Of a stretch of 64,000 bases of DNA, positions 1-9,460 are shown piece after piece. The DNA is taken from positions 17,467 through 81,466 of the forward strand of contig JAFGLO010000007.1 of NCBI GenBank assembly GCA_016927995.1, given 5' to 3'. Within the stretch, counting starts at the first letter, position 1, and each line of letters opens with the position of its first letter. This DNA is from Candidatus Dojkabacteria bacterium. Lineage in GTDB: Bacteria; Patescibacteriota; Dojkabacteria; JAFGLO01. Position numbers and translations under genes: made by a program. The notes under the pieces are model-generated. The model was not told where the DNA came from and did not search any database. It worked only from the letters and a program-made list of their open reading frames with translations.

Positions 1-986
1 CTATTTTCAAGAATTTTCTCGTATTCGCCACGTATCTTAAAATTCTGCCAAGGATCTGCAAGTGAAATGTTAAGCCCCAGTTGATCGGTTAAATAAAGTG
101 CAAGCCCGGGAAGCAGAGCCCCATCACCTACCAAATATACATCTTTGGGCGATGAAAACCCTGTTTGTGATTTGTAAAATTCAATGCCACGAACAACTTC
201 TCCTACAATGATTTTTACAATTGGTTCAAGTGAATTAAATATTTTCCCTTCAAGTTGTGAGGCTTCGAGTCCATATTTAATTTTGTATTCTTCAGCCTGT
301 GGATATTCAAGCGAAAAATCGTTCATAATGGATCTAGTAAGCGAATCCGACCCTGTAGAAATACTCTGAGAGAATACAAGATTACCTTGTTTCACAATAC
401 TCATGTCAGTAGTCTGAGAACCAAAATCAAGTACAATTGCTTCAGGAATCCCGGTTGTATGTTTTATCATTCGGGCAATAGCAACACCTTCGGTTTCTAT
501 TGCAATTGGTTCAAGCCCTGCACGTTCAAGTACATCAATGTAAGTTTGAATAATTTTTTTTGTAGCAGCAACCCTAAGTACAAGAAACTCCTGGGTTTCT
601 TTTTTCTCACCAAGTACGGTGTGATCAACTTGCATTTCCTCTATTGGGACAGGTAAAGACTGCTTAGCATCCCAGTATACTGCCTGAGCAAGCTCACTTT
701 CTTTTACACCTTTATATGTAGAGACTCGTGTTGAAACTACTGATTCAGGAACAGCAGCAACTACTTGCTTAACCCGTATTCCTGCATCGTTAATCATTTG
801 CCTAACAACAGAAGCAAGTCTGTCTTTGTGAACATCGTTTTCACTGTTTAAAACCCCAAATGGAGTTTTAATATTTCCTATTCCTGCAAGTTCCGGAGTT
901 TTGCTTGCAAAATTCTTTAGATAAACAGCTTTTACAGAATGATTTCCAAAATCTATTCCAAAATGATCGGGTAAACGCTCAGCCAT
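1..986 (-). CDS. pilM: Type IV pilus assembly ATPase-like protein PilM (actin-like), 3' end beyond window start
   Basis: Manual reverse translation from ATG (complement of 984-986) gives MAERLPDHFGIDFGNHSVKAVYLK...VLDFGSQTTDMSIVKQGNLVFSQSI...VYLVGDGALLPGL, the FtsA/PilM actin-like fold pattern. No stop in window, so not in ORF track. Confidence 0.6.
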   Translation of the reverse strand, partial: MAERLPDHFGIDFGNHSVKAVYLKNFASKTPELAGIGNIKTPFGVLNSENDVHKDRLASVVRQMINDAGIRVKQVVAAVPESVVSTRVSTYKGVKESELAQAVYWDAKQSLPVPIEEMQVDHTVLGEKKETQEFLVLRVAATKKIIQTYIDVLERAGLEPIAIETEGVAIARMIKHTTGIPEAIVLDFGSQTTDMSIVKQGNLVFSQSISTGSDSLTRSIMNDFSLEYPQAEEYKIKYGLEASQLEGKIFNSLEPIVKIIVGEVVRGIEFYKSQTGFSSPKDVYLVGDGALLPGLALYLTDQLGLNISLADPWQNFKIRGEYEKILEN

Positions 987-1074
987 ATTTTGGGCAGTAA
1001 AATTAACAGACTAATTGTTACTCTAATAGTAGAATATTAAGGAATCCGTGTCAACCGAAATATGACAAAACCAG

Positions 1075-2181
1075 CTACTCTTTAAGCGGATGGAATTTCT
1101 TATGAGTATCTTCCGCAAATTTATCGGATGCATGAACATATCTTGTAGTCGTATTTAGACTTGCATGCCCCAAAAGTACTTGAATTGCAGCAGGTGATGC
1201 TCCATTTTCGGCCAAATATGTTGCAAATCCATGTCGCAAACTATGAGGAGTAGTAGGCACAACAATTCCCAGAAGTTTTCGATAAGCCGATAATTTTTCT
1301 TCAATATAATTTGTAGAAATTCTGGCGTTTTTTTCACCCTGACGACCACCACGATATGGTATAAAAAGTGCGGGTTTATCATCTTCACGAATCTTTAAAT
1401 ACTCTTTAATCCAGGTAAGGGCCCGCGGAGTAAGATATACAAACCGACCCTTTTTCCCTTTACCGATAACATAAATCTTACCGTTTTCGTTAATCTGATC
1501 ACGATCCAAAGATACAAGTTCAGATACACGCAAACCTGTAGAGAAAAGCACTTCAAGTATGGCCCGGTTGCGAAGTGCAATTTTATCGTCTTTTTCAAAT
1601 TCCATTGGTGCCTCGATAAGCTTTAAAAGTTCGTCAAATTCGGCTACCTGCGACTTTTTGCGCTCAGTTTTAATAAGCTTTATGGCATCGGGTGGAATAG
1701 GGCAGTCGTAGTCAAAATCAACTAAATACTTTAAATACGACCTAAGCGATGATAAAAATCTGTTAATGCTTGAAGCCTGCAAACCCTTTTGCGGTGCCTT
1801 GCCGTATCCATAACGCCCACGATAGGTTGGTACATCAATGCGCTGCCTCGATTTTACTTCATTGTTCTGCTGTTTCACTGTGCCACTATCAAGGCAAGCT
1901 TTCAAAGCAGTCTCCCTTGTAATAGGATCCCCACCTTTTTCTGGATGTAGCCGCTGCAGTACCTTTAAATCTTTTAAATACTCTCCAGTTTGAAGATAGC
2001 TTTTATATAGCGTTATTGTTTTTTTTGAAATGTTTCCAAACTTTTCGCCTTCTTTATCAATAAAAAGTGCAAATACGGAAAGGTCGCGTTTATAATTTTT
2101 TGTGGTCTTGTCACTGTAGTTACTTGCGGTAAGTTCGAGTAGGTAATCGTCTTGTTTGGGTAGATAAAACAGCTTTAGCAT
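1075..2181 (-). CDS. Tyrosine site-specific recombinase, XerC/XerD family
   Basis: C-terminal HSLRHGFATYLAENGASPAAIQVLLGHASLNTTTRYVH (R..H..R..Y catalytic tetrad context), 368 aa. Confidence 0.85.
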   Translation of the reverse strand: MLKLFYLPKQDDYLLELTASNYSDKTTKNYKRDLSVFALFIDKEGEKFGNISKKTITLYKSYLQTGEYLKDLKVLQRLHPEKGGDPITRETALKACLDSGTVKQQNNEVKSRQRIDVPTYRGRYGYGKAPQKGLQASSINRFLSSLRSYLKYLVDFDYDCPIPPDAIKLIKTERKKSQVAEFDELLKLIEAPMEFEKDDKIALRNRAILEVLFSTGLRVSELVSLDRDQINENGKIYVIGKGKKGRFVYLTPRALTWIKEYLKIREDDKPALFIPYRGGRQGEKNARISTNYIEEKLSAYRKLLGIVVPTTPHSLRHGFATYLAENGASPAAIQVLLGHASLNTTTRYVHASDKFAEDTHKKFHPLKE

Positions 2182-2224
2182 GATATATCATTATATCAGA
2201 ACCTCTTATACCAAATACATTACG

Positions 2225-3514
2225 TTAATTATCGTTAAAGATTCCCACGAATAACATTGTATCAGTACTTTTGTCAACAATCATATACATAAATGTGTGA
2301 TCGGCCTTAAAGTAAAACTCATCAGTTTCCACAGACACAATATCAAACCCAACCGTTGTTACGGCAGCTGCTTCTGTTCCTTCTTCATCAACTTTTATGT
2401 ATGAATCATGCTTTACAAGATCTATTGCCAGTGAACAATCGTCTGTAATGCCGGAAAAGTCTGCAGAATCCGAAAAAGCCAGTTCCATACCCATATTATT
2501 CAAGAAATGATTCAGGAAAACACTATATTTCTGTTCAAATTTGGGAAATAGAACGGTCCCTTCATTAAGCTCCATAGCAGCTTCTAAGTCCGAAATGCTT
2601 TCAAACCTCCAAGTCTTCAAAAGACTTGAAACCGTATTTCCTTCTGTTGGCAATACAACATACATAACCAAATTTTCTTTCGCATAAGGAAGCTCAACTA
2701 TCTGCATTGTGTTGTCTTCGTAATAGTTAAGCTCCTGGTCGTAAAGAGCCATTAGATCAACGTAAAAAGGACCATACACATCGCCTACTGGATCAGAATC
2801 TATCATCCAATCCGGTGTAAACTTTTGATTTGGCAAAGTATTGTCGGGATTAAATTGGTATTGCCAATCCTGTTTAAAATAAACGGCATTCGCAAGAATC
2901 ATTCTAATATTAGAAAGCAGATTTGCAGTTACAACTTCCTTTATTTTGTCGTTGGTATTATCAGCAGCCCAGTTGTTAATGGCCAAAGCCGTTTCTAATG
3001 GATTTTCCGGATCAAAACCGTCAATTACAGATGTAAAATAGTTCTTTGCCACATTAACAAACTCATCCTTTAAATGGTATTCCTCACTAAGCCAAATTGC
3101 ATTTGCAGTATCTAAATACTCGGCATCGGTAAGATACTCTTGAAGAATCTTAAACTGCTCGTTTAGCTTGTTAATCTCTATATCATTAAGTCCAAGTGCC
3201 GAAAGCATCTGCTCCTGAGTTTCTCCATTGGCGCCGTTAGCCGCAAGTGCTAGAGCAATTTCAATACTTAACGGGGAAATAAATATAGAATATTTGTGGG
3301 CATCATGATGCGGTATAGGTGTGTATAGCGCAGTAAGCAGATCTAGTCCAAACTCATTAGAAGCCTCGACAACTTTCACACCATCTGTTGAATTAATTTC
3401 ATTAACCTTTGAATCATTTGATTTGCTTTTCCAGGCCAATATTATTGCAACTGTCAAAGTGGTCAAAAGCACTGACCCTGCGATAATTAAAAGTATTTTA
3501 CGCGTTTTGTCCAT
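2225..3514 (-). CDS. Serpin (serine protease inhibitor) with N-terminal membrane anchor/signal
   Basis: 429 aa; N-terminal TM; C-terminal serpin hinge/signature-like FKADHTFMYMIVDKSTDTMLFVGIFNDN; overall serpin-length. Confidence 0.75.
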   Translation of the reverse strand: MDKTRKILLIIAGSVLLTTLTVAIILAWKSKSNDSKVNEINSTDGVKVVEASNEFGLDLLTALYTPIPHHDAHKYSIFISPLSIEIALALAANGANGETQEQMLSALGLNDIEINKLNEQFKILQEYLTDAEYLDTANAIWLSEEYHLKDEFVNVAKNYFTSVIDGFDPENPLETALAINNWAADNTNDKIKEVVTANLLSNIRMILANAVYFKQDWQYQFNPDNTLPNQKFTPDWMIDSDPVGDVYGPFYVDLMALYDQELNYYEDNTMQIVELPYAKENLVMYVVLPTEGNTVSSLLKTWRFESISDLEAAMELNEGTVLFPKFEQKYSVFLNHFLNNMGMELAFSDSADFSGITDDCSLAIDLVKHDSYIKVDEEGTEAAAVTTVGFDIVSVETDEFYFKADHTFMYMIVDKSTDTMLFVGIFNDN

Positions 3515-3567
3515 TTCGTTTAAAACAAGTTAACTTAAACATATAGATATCCTAGGTTACACTCATT

Positions 3568-3873
3568 ATGATAAAATTGCACATGGCATATAAAAATAAT
3601 AACCAACCTTTCGTTTGCAAAAACTGCGGCAGGAAGGTCCCAAAACTTAAGGTAGGAAACCGAGACCACTGTCCTTTCTGTCTACACGGGCTACACGTAG
3701 ATATAGAACCCGGCGACAGAAATAATACCTGCCACGGTATACTAAAGCCGCTTAAAATCGTAACTCGCAAAGGCAAGCAGCAGATAGAATTTAAGTGTGA
3801 AAGCTGTGGCGATACCGTTTACTGTTTAATAGCTCCAGATGATAACCTTGAAGTGTTAAATAAAGCCTTATGA
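3568..3873 (+). CDS. RNHCP-domain zinc-ribbon protein
   Basis: CKNCGRKVPK...RDHCPFCLHGLHVD...CHG...CESCG: multiple CxxC pairs and R-N-H-C-P-like motif; 101 aa. Confidence 0.55.
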   Translation: MIKLHMAYKNNNQPFVCKNCGRKVPKLKVGNRDHCPFCLHGLHVDIEPGDRNNTCHGILKPLKIVTRKGKQQIEFKCESCGDTVYCLIAPDDNLEVLNKAL

Positions 3874-4892
3874 AAGAAATTATCGCACTCTCCCCAATGG
3901 ATGGAATAACCGATCTTCCGTTTCGACTTATGGTAGAACAGTTTTCTCCAATGATAAATACAGTCTATACCGAATTTGTTAATGTACAAGGGTTATACGA
4001 GAAACCCGATTTGCACGTAAAGCGCTTACTCTACCGACCAGAAGAACCCAAAATATTCGCTCAGTTTTTTGGGAATGGATCTCAGCTTAAGTACTTCGAA
4101 ATTGCAGCTTTTATTGCCAAGCAAATGGGATTTGACGGAATTGATTTAAACTTAGGCTGTCCGGAAAAGCGAGTTGTTCAAAGTGGCGCAGGTTCAGCAT
4201 TAATCGGAAATGAAAAGACGGTAAAATCAATTATTTCCGCTATCCGTACAGGATTAAAATCAGATTACAGCACCGATTCAAAGGTTAAAAAAATATTAGC
4301 AGAAGTAAATAAGACGAGGGCAGCAGGATTTTTGAGACCACAGAAAAAAACATTGACCATAAGTATAAAAACACGACTAGGAATCAAAGAAGTAATGCCC
4401 GATACGTGGTGGAAATTTCTTGATACGCTCAAAGTTGATCTTATTACAATTCACGGTAGAACCCAATCCCAAATGTATTCCGGATCGGCAAATTGGAAAC
4501 ATATTCAAAAAATAAATAAACTTATGCAAACCCCGATTTTAGGAAACGGTGATATAGGTAAAGCATTTTTTACAGACGAAAACTATAATGCTCAAAACGA
4601 GCTTTCAAGCAAGCTCAAGATTACCCCCGAGGGTATATTAATTGGCCGTGGATTCTTGGGAAATGTGGATCTACTTTCGCGGCATAAAGTAACTCGCACA
4701 TTGAAGGGTCAGTTAAGTTTTATAAAAAAACATATTGAACTTTATAAAGCTTTCGCCCCTGAGTATATTGATCCGCTTAAAAAACATATTGTCTGGTACC
4801 TTAAGGGGCTTCCCGATGTTAAAGATCTAAAGCAAAAATTTATGGAATGTGAAACATACGAGGATTGTGATACAATTTTATCGCAGGTTTAA
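3870..4892 (+). CDS. tRNA-dihydrouridine synthase (Dus family, TIM barrel)
   Basis: LSPMDGITDLPFRLMVEQ... N-terminus typical of Dus; GCPEKRVVQSGAGSALI catalytic Cys region; start overlaps upstream stop (ATGA). Confidence 0.75.
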   Translation: MKEIIALSPMDGITDLPFRLMVEQFSPMINTVYTEFVNVQGLYEKPDLHVKRLLYRPEEPKIFAQFFGNGSQLKYFEIAAFIAKQMGFDGIDLNLGCPEKRVVQSGAGSALIGNEKTVKSIISAIRTGLKSDYSTDSKVKKILAEVNKTRAAGFLRPQKKTLTISIKTRLGIKEVMPDTWWKFLDTLKVDLITIHGRTQSQMYSGSANWKHIQKINKLMQTPILGNGDIGKAFFTDENYNAQNELSSKLKITPEGILIGRGFLGNVDLLSRHKVTRTLKGQLSFIKKHIELYKAFAPEYIDPLKKHIVWYLKGLPDVKDLKQKFMECETYEDCDTILSQV

Positions 4893-4903
4893 AAAATATC
4901 CCC

Positions 4904-6217
4904 ATGAACATAACAATCGATCGTACTTGGAAATCTATTCTTTCAACACTTGAAAAGGATATTCCACCATTCACCTTAATCACAGGCAAAGCAGGAACAG
5001 GAAAATCCACACTACTTACACACTTTTTCGAGACCACATCTAAGAATTCCGTACTACTTGCACCAACAGGCGCAGCAGCAGTAAATATTGGCGGACAAAC
5101 AATCCACTCATTCTTTGGATTTACCCCAGCAACTACCATAAAAGATGTATTCGCCAAGGCGAAGAACAAATCCAACAACGTACACAAAGTAATAGAAAAA
5201 CTCGACTGCATTATCATTGATGAAATCTCTATGGTTAGAGCAGATCTTTTGGACTTTGTAGATACATTTCTTCGAATCTCAAAAGCATCAGATCAACCGT
5301 TTGGTGGGCTTCCAATAATTGCATTTGGCGACCTATACCAGCTTCCACCCATACTACAAAGAGACGAAATGGATGAATTTTCAATAATGTATGAAAGCCC
5401 ATACTTTTTTTCATCTCAAGTTATAAAACGAATCACAAAAGAAAGAGCTCTAAGTGCATTTACACTTGATACAATTTATCGTCAACGTGACGAAAAGTTT
5501 ATAAATATTCTTAATTCCATAAGAGAGGGCAACGCATCATTTCAAGGGTTAACATACCTAAATCAAAATTGCTTTAAGCTAACAAGTTCCGAAACAGACT
5601 CAATTTATTTAACAACCACAAATCAGAAGGCCGATATGGTAAATGAGCAGAGACTAGCGACTATTTCTAACCCGGTAAGAACATATACCGCGTATGTTTC
5701 CGGAGATTTTAAAGAAAACGCATTTCCAACACAAGAAATTCTAAAATTAAAAAAGGGTGCTCGAATAATGATGCTAAACAACGACAAAGACGGCAGATGG
5801 ATAAACGGAACACTCGGAAATATTACAGAACTCAAGGATGGATCTGTACTTGTACAGCTCGACGGACAAGCTGGACAAAATACAACTCATGAAATTTTCC
5901 CCAACGAATGGGAAATATTTAAAACAAGCTGGGACAATTTAACAAAATCTTTAAAAAAAGAGGTTGTTGGTTCATTTATTCAACTTCCTATAAGACTTGC
6001 CTGGGCAATTACAATCCACAAGAGCCAAGGTAAAACATTTGAAAAAGTTGTTATTGATCTTGAACGTGGTGCATTTAGCGAAGGGCAAACCTATGTTGCC
6101 CTAAGTAGGTGCACAAGTTTAGAAGGGTTAACCCTTTCACGACCTGTTAAACCGTCCGACATAAAAGTCGACCAACGAATTACAGATTTCTTGCAATCTG
6201 TTTCATCAATTGTTTAA
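4904..6217 (+). CDS. PIF1/RecD-like ATP-dependent DNA helicase (AAA_30/PIF1 family)
   Basis: Walker A GKAGTGKST, IIDEISMV (Walker B), C-terminal ITIHKSQGKTFEKVVIDL...TYVALSRCTSLEGL motif of PIF1-like helicases. Confidence 0.75.
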   Translation: MNITIDRTWKSILSTLEKDIPPFTLITGKAGTGKSTLLTHFFETTSKNSVLLAPTGAAAVNIGGQTIHSFFGFTPATTIKDVFAKAKNKSNNVHKVIEKLDCIIIDEISMVRADLLDFVDTFLRISKASDQPFGGLPIIAFGDLYQLPPILQRDEMDEFSIMYESPYFFSSQVIKRITKERALSAFTLDTIYRQRDEKFINILNSIREGNASFQGLTYLNQNCFKLTSSETDSIYLTTTNQKADMVNEQRLATISNPVRTYTAYVSGDFKENAFPTQEILKLKKGARIMMLNNDKDGRWINGTLGNITELKDGSVLVQLDGQAGQNTTHEIFPNEWEIFKTSWDNLTKSLKKEVVGSFIQLPIRLAWAITIHKSQGKTFEKVVIDLERGAFSEGQTYVALSRCTSLEGLTLSRPVKPSDIKVDQRITDFLQSVSSIV

Positions 6218-6280
6218 TCATCACCCGTTTCATCATTTATTCGTTCATCATCCGTTTCGTCATTTATTCGTTCATTATTG
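6218..6280. repeat. Tandem repeat, 2 x 27 bp (CATCAYCCGTTTCRTCATTTATTCGTT) immediately after helicase stop
   Basis: Direct reading of sequence. Confidence 0.7.
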
Positions 6281-6497
6281 TAGAGACAGGTCTAGACCGA
6301 CATGTGTGCATAAAATCCACGAAAGACTCTAACTTCCCAAACGATATGATTAGAGTCTAAATAATCCATATTTTACGGGGGTCCTGAAAGAAATAATAAG
6401 ATCCAACACAACTTTACACACACCCGCACCCCCAACTTACAGAATGATTACCTAATAACGAATCTACAACTGTGTGTCGGTCTAGACCTGTCCCTAC
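6280..6497. mobile_element. MITE-like non-coding element copy A (~218 bp) with palindromic terminal inverted repeats GTAGRGACAGGTCTAGACCGACA
   Basis: Terminal inverted repeats at 6280-6302 and 6475-6497. Internal motifs (CGAAAGACT, CCATATTTTACG, CACACCCGCACCCCCA) are shared with copy B at 23436-23658. No ORF. Confidence 0.55.
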
Positions 6498-6519
6498 CCA
6501 AAACGTATAATGGAATATT

Positions 6520-7500
6520 ATGATAATCGTTACGGGCGCATCGGGTCATCTTGGAAATGTGCTGGTTCGATACCTTTTAACCATGGAAAAAGAGGTTGGG
6601 GTAGTGGACTTGGATCCCCAAAACGATCCCGTACTAAAAGATCTTCCGGTAAAAATGTATAAAGGCGACGTTCGTGATCTTGATTTTCTTATAAAAACTT
6701 TTAGCCAGGCAGAATATGTCTTTCATTTAGCAGGAATTGTTGCAATATCGCCAGGTAAAGAAGATCTCATGTACGACGTGAATATAAATGGAACTAAAAA
6801 CGTTGTTGCCGCCTGCATGAAGACAGGTATAAAGCGACTAGTATATACAAGTTCAGTACACGCTTTACATGAACCACCCAAAGGAATTCCACTAACAGAA
6901 AAACTAGGCGATCCCGAAAAAGTTTTAGGCCCATATGCAAAAACAAAAATATTGGGAACCCGTGAAATATTCAAAGGAATAAAAGCGGGGCTTAATGCCG
7001 TAATTACCTATCCATCCGGAGTTATTGGTCCATATGATTTTAAAGGTTCAGAAATGGGGAACCTTATAAACGACTACATCAAGGGGAAATTTAGATTTTA
7101 TCTTGATGGTGCCTATAATTTTGTTGACGTACGTGATATTGCACGAGGACTTTGGCTGGCAAAGGAAAAAGGCAAATCCGGTGAAGACTATATTCTTTCC
7201 GGATATACAATAACCGTTAAAGAACTGTTCCGCAGCCTGTCTGAACTTACGGGAATAAAACAACCTAAATTTAGAATGCAGACCTGGTTTGCAAAATTTG
7301 TAGCACCGCTTGCTGTCTTGTACTATAGAACTACAAAAACTACTCCTGTATTTACACCATACTCCATAAACGTTTTGAACTCTAATGCCGAGATGAGTTT
7401 TAAAAAAGCAAGTGCCGACCTGGGTTATACAGTTAGACCGCTTATAGACACGCTTAGCGCAATTATCCGTTGGCGAAAAGGGCAGAATATTGAAATTTAA
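6520..7500 (+). CDS. NAD(P)-dependent epimerase/dehydratase (extended SDR) family oxidoreductase
   Basis: N-terminal Rossmann IIVTGASGHLGNVLVRYLL; YAKTK (YxxxK) catalytic motif. Confidence 0.8.
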   Translation: MIIVTGASGHLGNVLVRYLLTMEKEVGVVDLDPQNDPVLKDLPVKMYKGDVRDLDFLIKTFSQAEYVFHLAGIVAISPGKEDLMYDVNINGTKNVVAACMKTGIKRLVYTSSVHALHEPPKGIPLTEKLGDPEKVLGPYAKTKILGTREIFKGIKAGLNAVITYPSGVIGPYDFKGSEMGNLINDYIKGKFRFYLDGAYNFVDVRDIARGLWLAKEKGKSGEDYILSGYTITVKELFRSLSELTGIKQPKFRMQTWFAKFVAPLAVLYYRTTKTTPVFTPYSINVLNSNAEMSFKKASADLGYTVRPLIDTLSAIIRWRKGQNIEI

Positions 7501-7554
7501 AAACTTTTGGTATAATAGAAAATATCTAATTTATCCTTTGTTAAAAATAAGTCC

Positions 7555-7773
7555 ATGAGAACCAGTGCATACCAAATGAAAGCACGATCTAATCTTTCAA
7601 AATTTAAGCGCACCGTACCACAAAGTCTTGAACATATTGAAAGGTTACAGAACCTTCAAACCAAAGCAGCAGATATAAAAGCAAAGCTTGCCCAAAAATC
7701 CACAAAGGTCGATACTATACGCAAACTTCCTTCAAAATATGGAGAAAAGGTTCCAGCCAAACCCAAATCGTAA
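7555..7773 (+). CDS. Small basic hypothetical protein
   Basis: 72 aa ORF, Lys/Arg-rich; no recognizable family. Confidence 0.3.
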   Translation: MRTSAYQMKARSNLSKFKRTVPQSLEHIERLQNLQTKAADIKAKLAQKSTKVDTIRKLPSKYGEKVPAKPKS

Positions 7774-7814
7774 TAAAGAGAAGTTAAACGGCTCCCTAAA
7801 CAAACCCTGATTTT

Positions 7815-8678
7815 TTAAGTTTTTATTCTTAACAGCTCACTAAAGATATACTCATATATGTTTTCTATTAAATCTTCACCATTGTCTGTAGCAAAATGTG
7901 AGAACCCCGGAGAGCTATTAAGCTCAATCAGCCATAACTTGCCTACTTTATCCAAGGCAATATCAAACGCAAGATAATTTGCCGAAAGCTTTTCAAATAC
8001 ATAATCAACAATAGGTTGAAAGCTTGCAATTAAATTCACATCAGTCACTATTACCGCCTTTGAATTACTCCAATGAAGCGGACTTAGATTACCCTCAAAT
8101 GTAGCATTGGATATATCCTTTTTGTATGCTAAAAGTATCTTTTTTCTAAATACAATTACGCGATATTCAGACGCTACGTCCAAAAACTCTTGAACTACGG
8201 ATAAATAGTCATAGTCAGGAGTCTTCTCGAATATCACCCCAAGTGCGCTTTTAATTTCTTCACCATTTTCACATTTTTTTACATTGAGTCCTAGCGACCC
8301 TTTATTAGGCTTCACAATAACCGGGTATTTAAAGTATTTCTCGATATCAGTAATAATTTCATCCATGTTCTTAAACTTAACCCACATTTTATGCTCATCT
8401 TTAACATCAGGATCCAGATAGGCCCTCCACATTGGAATAAATTCCGGATCACAATCTGCGGTTAAAATACTATAGCTTAGATCTTTGTCTTTACAAATCT
8501 TTGAAATATCTACACTATCAAAGGCAGGGTGATGATGAATGAAAAAATAGGGTTTACCAATTGTTACCTTTAGACAGATACCATCTTTGTGTACAAAAGA
8601 GTAGGGTATGTTCAAAGTTTTGCATACTGTGATAATTGCACGCGTGTGAAGTGAGAGGTTTGAACTAATAGGTTCCAT
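7815..8678 (-). CDS. ATP-grasp fold ligase (RimK/glutathione-synthetase-like)
   Basis: VIVKPNKGSLGLNV (ATP-grasp Lys/Gly loop) and LAFDIALDKVGKLWLIELNSSPGF (Mg/ATP-binding E-N motif). Confidence 0.55.
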   Translation of the reverse strand: MEPISSNLSLHTRAIITVCKTLNIPYSFVHKDGICLKVTIGKPYFFIHHHPAFDSVDISKICKDKDLSYSILTADCDPEFIPMWRAYLDPDVKDEHKMWVKFKNMDEIITDIEKYFKYPVIVKPNKGSLGLNVKKCENGEEIKSALGVIFEKTPDYDYLSVVQEFLDVASEYRVIVFRKKILLAYKKDISNATFEGNLSPLHWSNSKAVIVTDVNLIASFQPIVDYVFEKLSANYLAFDIALDKVGKLWLIELNSSPGFSHFATDNGEDLIENIYEYIFSELLRIKT

Positions 8679-8839
8679 GCAATAGCGCTTAATCTTATGT
8701 AGTCAATACTATAATCTGAATATTAATAACTGTAAAGTATTTATCAAGGGTATTAATAAATATTGTGATGTTAATTCCAGGTCCGAATGTTTGCAAAATT
8801 TATTAAATTGCACTATTTTAATATTACGAAAATACGATT

Positions 8840-9460
8840 ATGAAGAAAACAACATTTGTATACACAATAGGCATTGTCTTATTCTGTGGAGTTATAGGGC
8901 TTACAATAAGGTCACTCAGAAGCAGCTTTCTTACCTTAACCCCCTTTGTTATTTCAGTGATTACGCTGTTAATCCTTTTTCTTGAAACCAAAGAAAACAA
9001 AAATCTTTTATTTCCAGTAGCTATTACATATTTAATTACCTTTATAAGTGAAGTCATTGGAGTAAATACGGGATTCATTTATGGAAACTATGAATACAGT
9101 ACCCGTCTCGGACCCAAAATCATTAGTACACCTCCTTTAATTGGCTTTTTGTGGGTTGTACTCTTGCTTGGGTCCTTAAATATTTTCAAGGACCAAAAGC
9201 ATCCAATTATTAAAAGCCTTTGTGTAGCAAGTCTAATGACAGCGATAGATATAATAATAGAACCTGTTGCCATTAAACTTGACTTCTGGAGCTGGTTTGG
9301 GAAAAATCCACCTTTATACAATTATATTTCATGGTTTTTAGTAAGCTTTATAGGAGCCTTAGTTCTCAATGGATATAAACCCAAAGATAATTTATCCAAG
9401 ACAGTATTTTGGTTAATTGCAATATTTTTCTTTTTACTTAACCTTACTTATATACAATGA
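8840..9460 (+). CDS. Carotenoid-biosynthesis-associated membrane protein (PF04240/DUF422, CruF-like hydratase family), tentative
   Basis: 206 aa, about 6 TM helices; motif EVIGVNTGFIYGNYEYSTRLGPKI...TPPLIGFLW resembles the GxxTGxPFGxYxY core of PF04240. Only one His, so it is not a Blh/Brp dioxygenase. 3' end overlaps the start of the next gene. Confidence 0.4.
   Translation: MKKTTFVYTIGIVLFCGVIGLTIRSLRSSFLTLTPFVISVITLLILFLETKENKNLLFPVAITYLITFISEVIGVNTGFIYGNYEYSTRLGPKIISTPPLIGFLWVVLLLGSLNIFKDQKHPIIKSLCVASLMTAIDIIIEPVAIKLDFWSWFGKNPPLYNYISWFLVSFIGALVLNGYKPKDNLSKTVFWLIAIFFFLLNLTYIQ

Noticed and set aside
8840-9460. Beta-carotene 15,15'-dioxygenase (Blh/Brp) that would supply retinal next to the heliorhodopsin
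   Set aside because: Blh-family proteins need four conserved His ligands; this 206-aa protein contains a single His. Its GxxTGFxYGxYxY block fits the PF04240/CruF family better.
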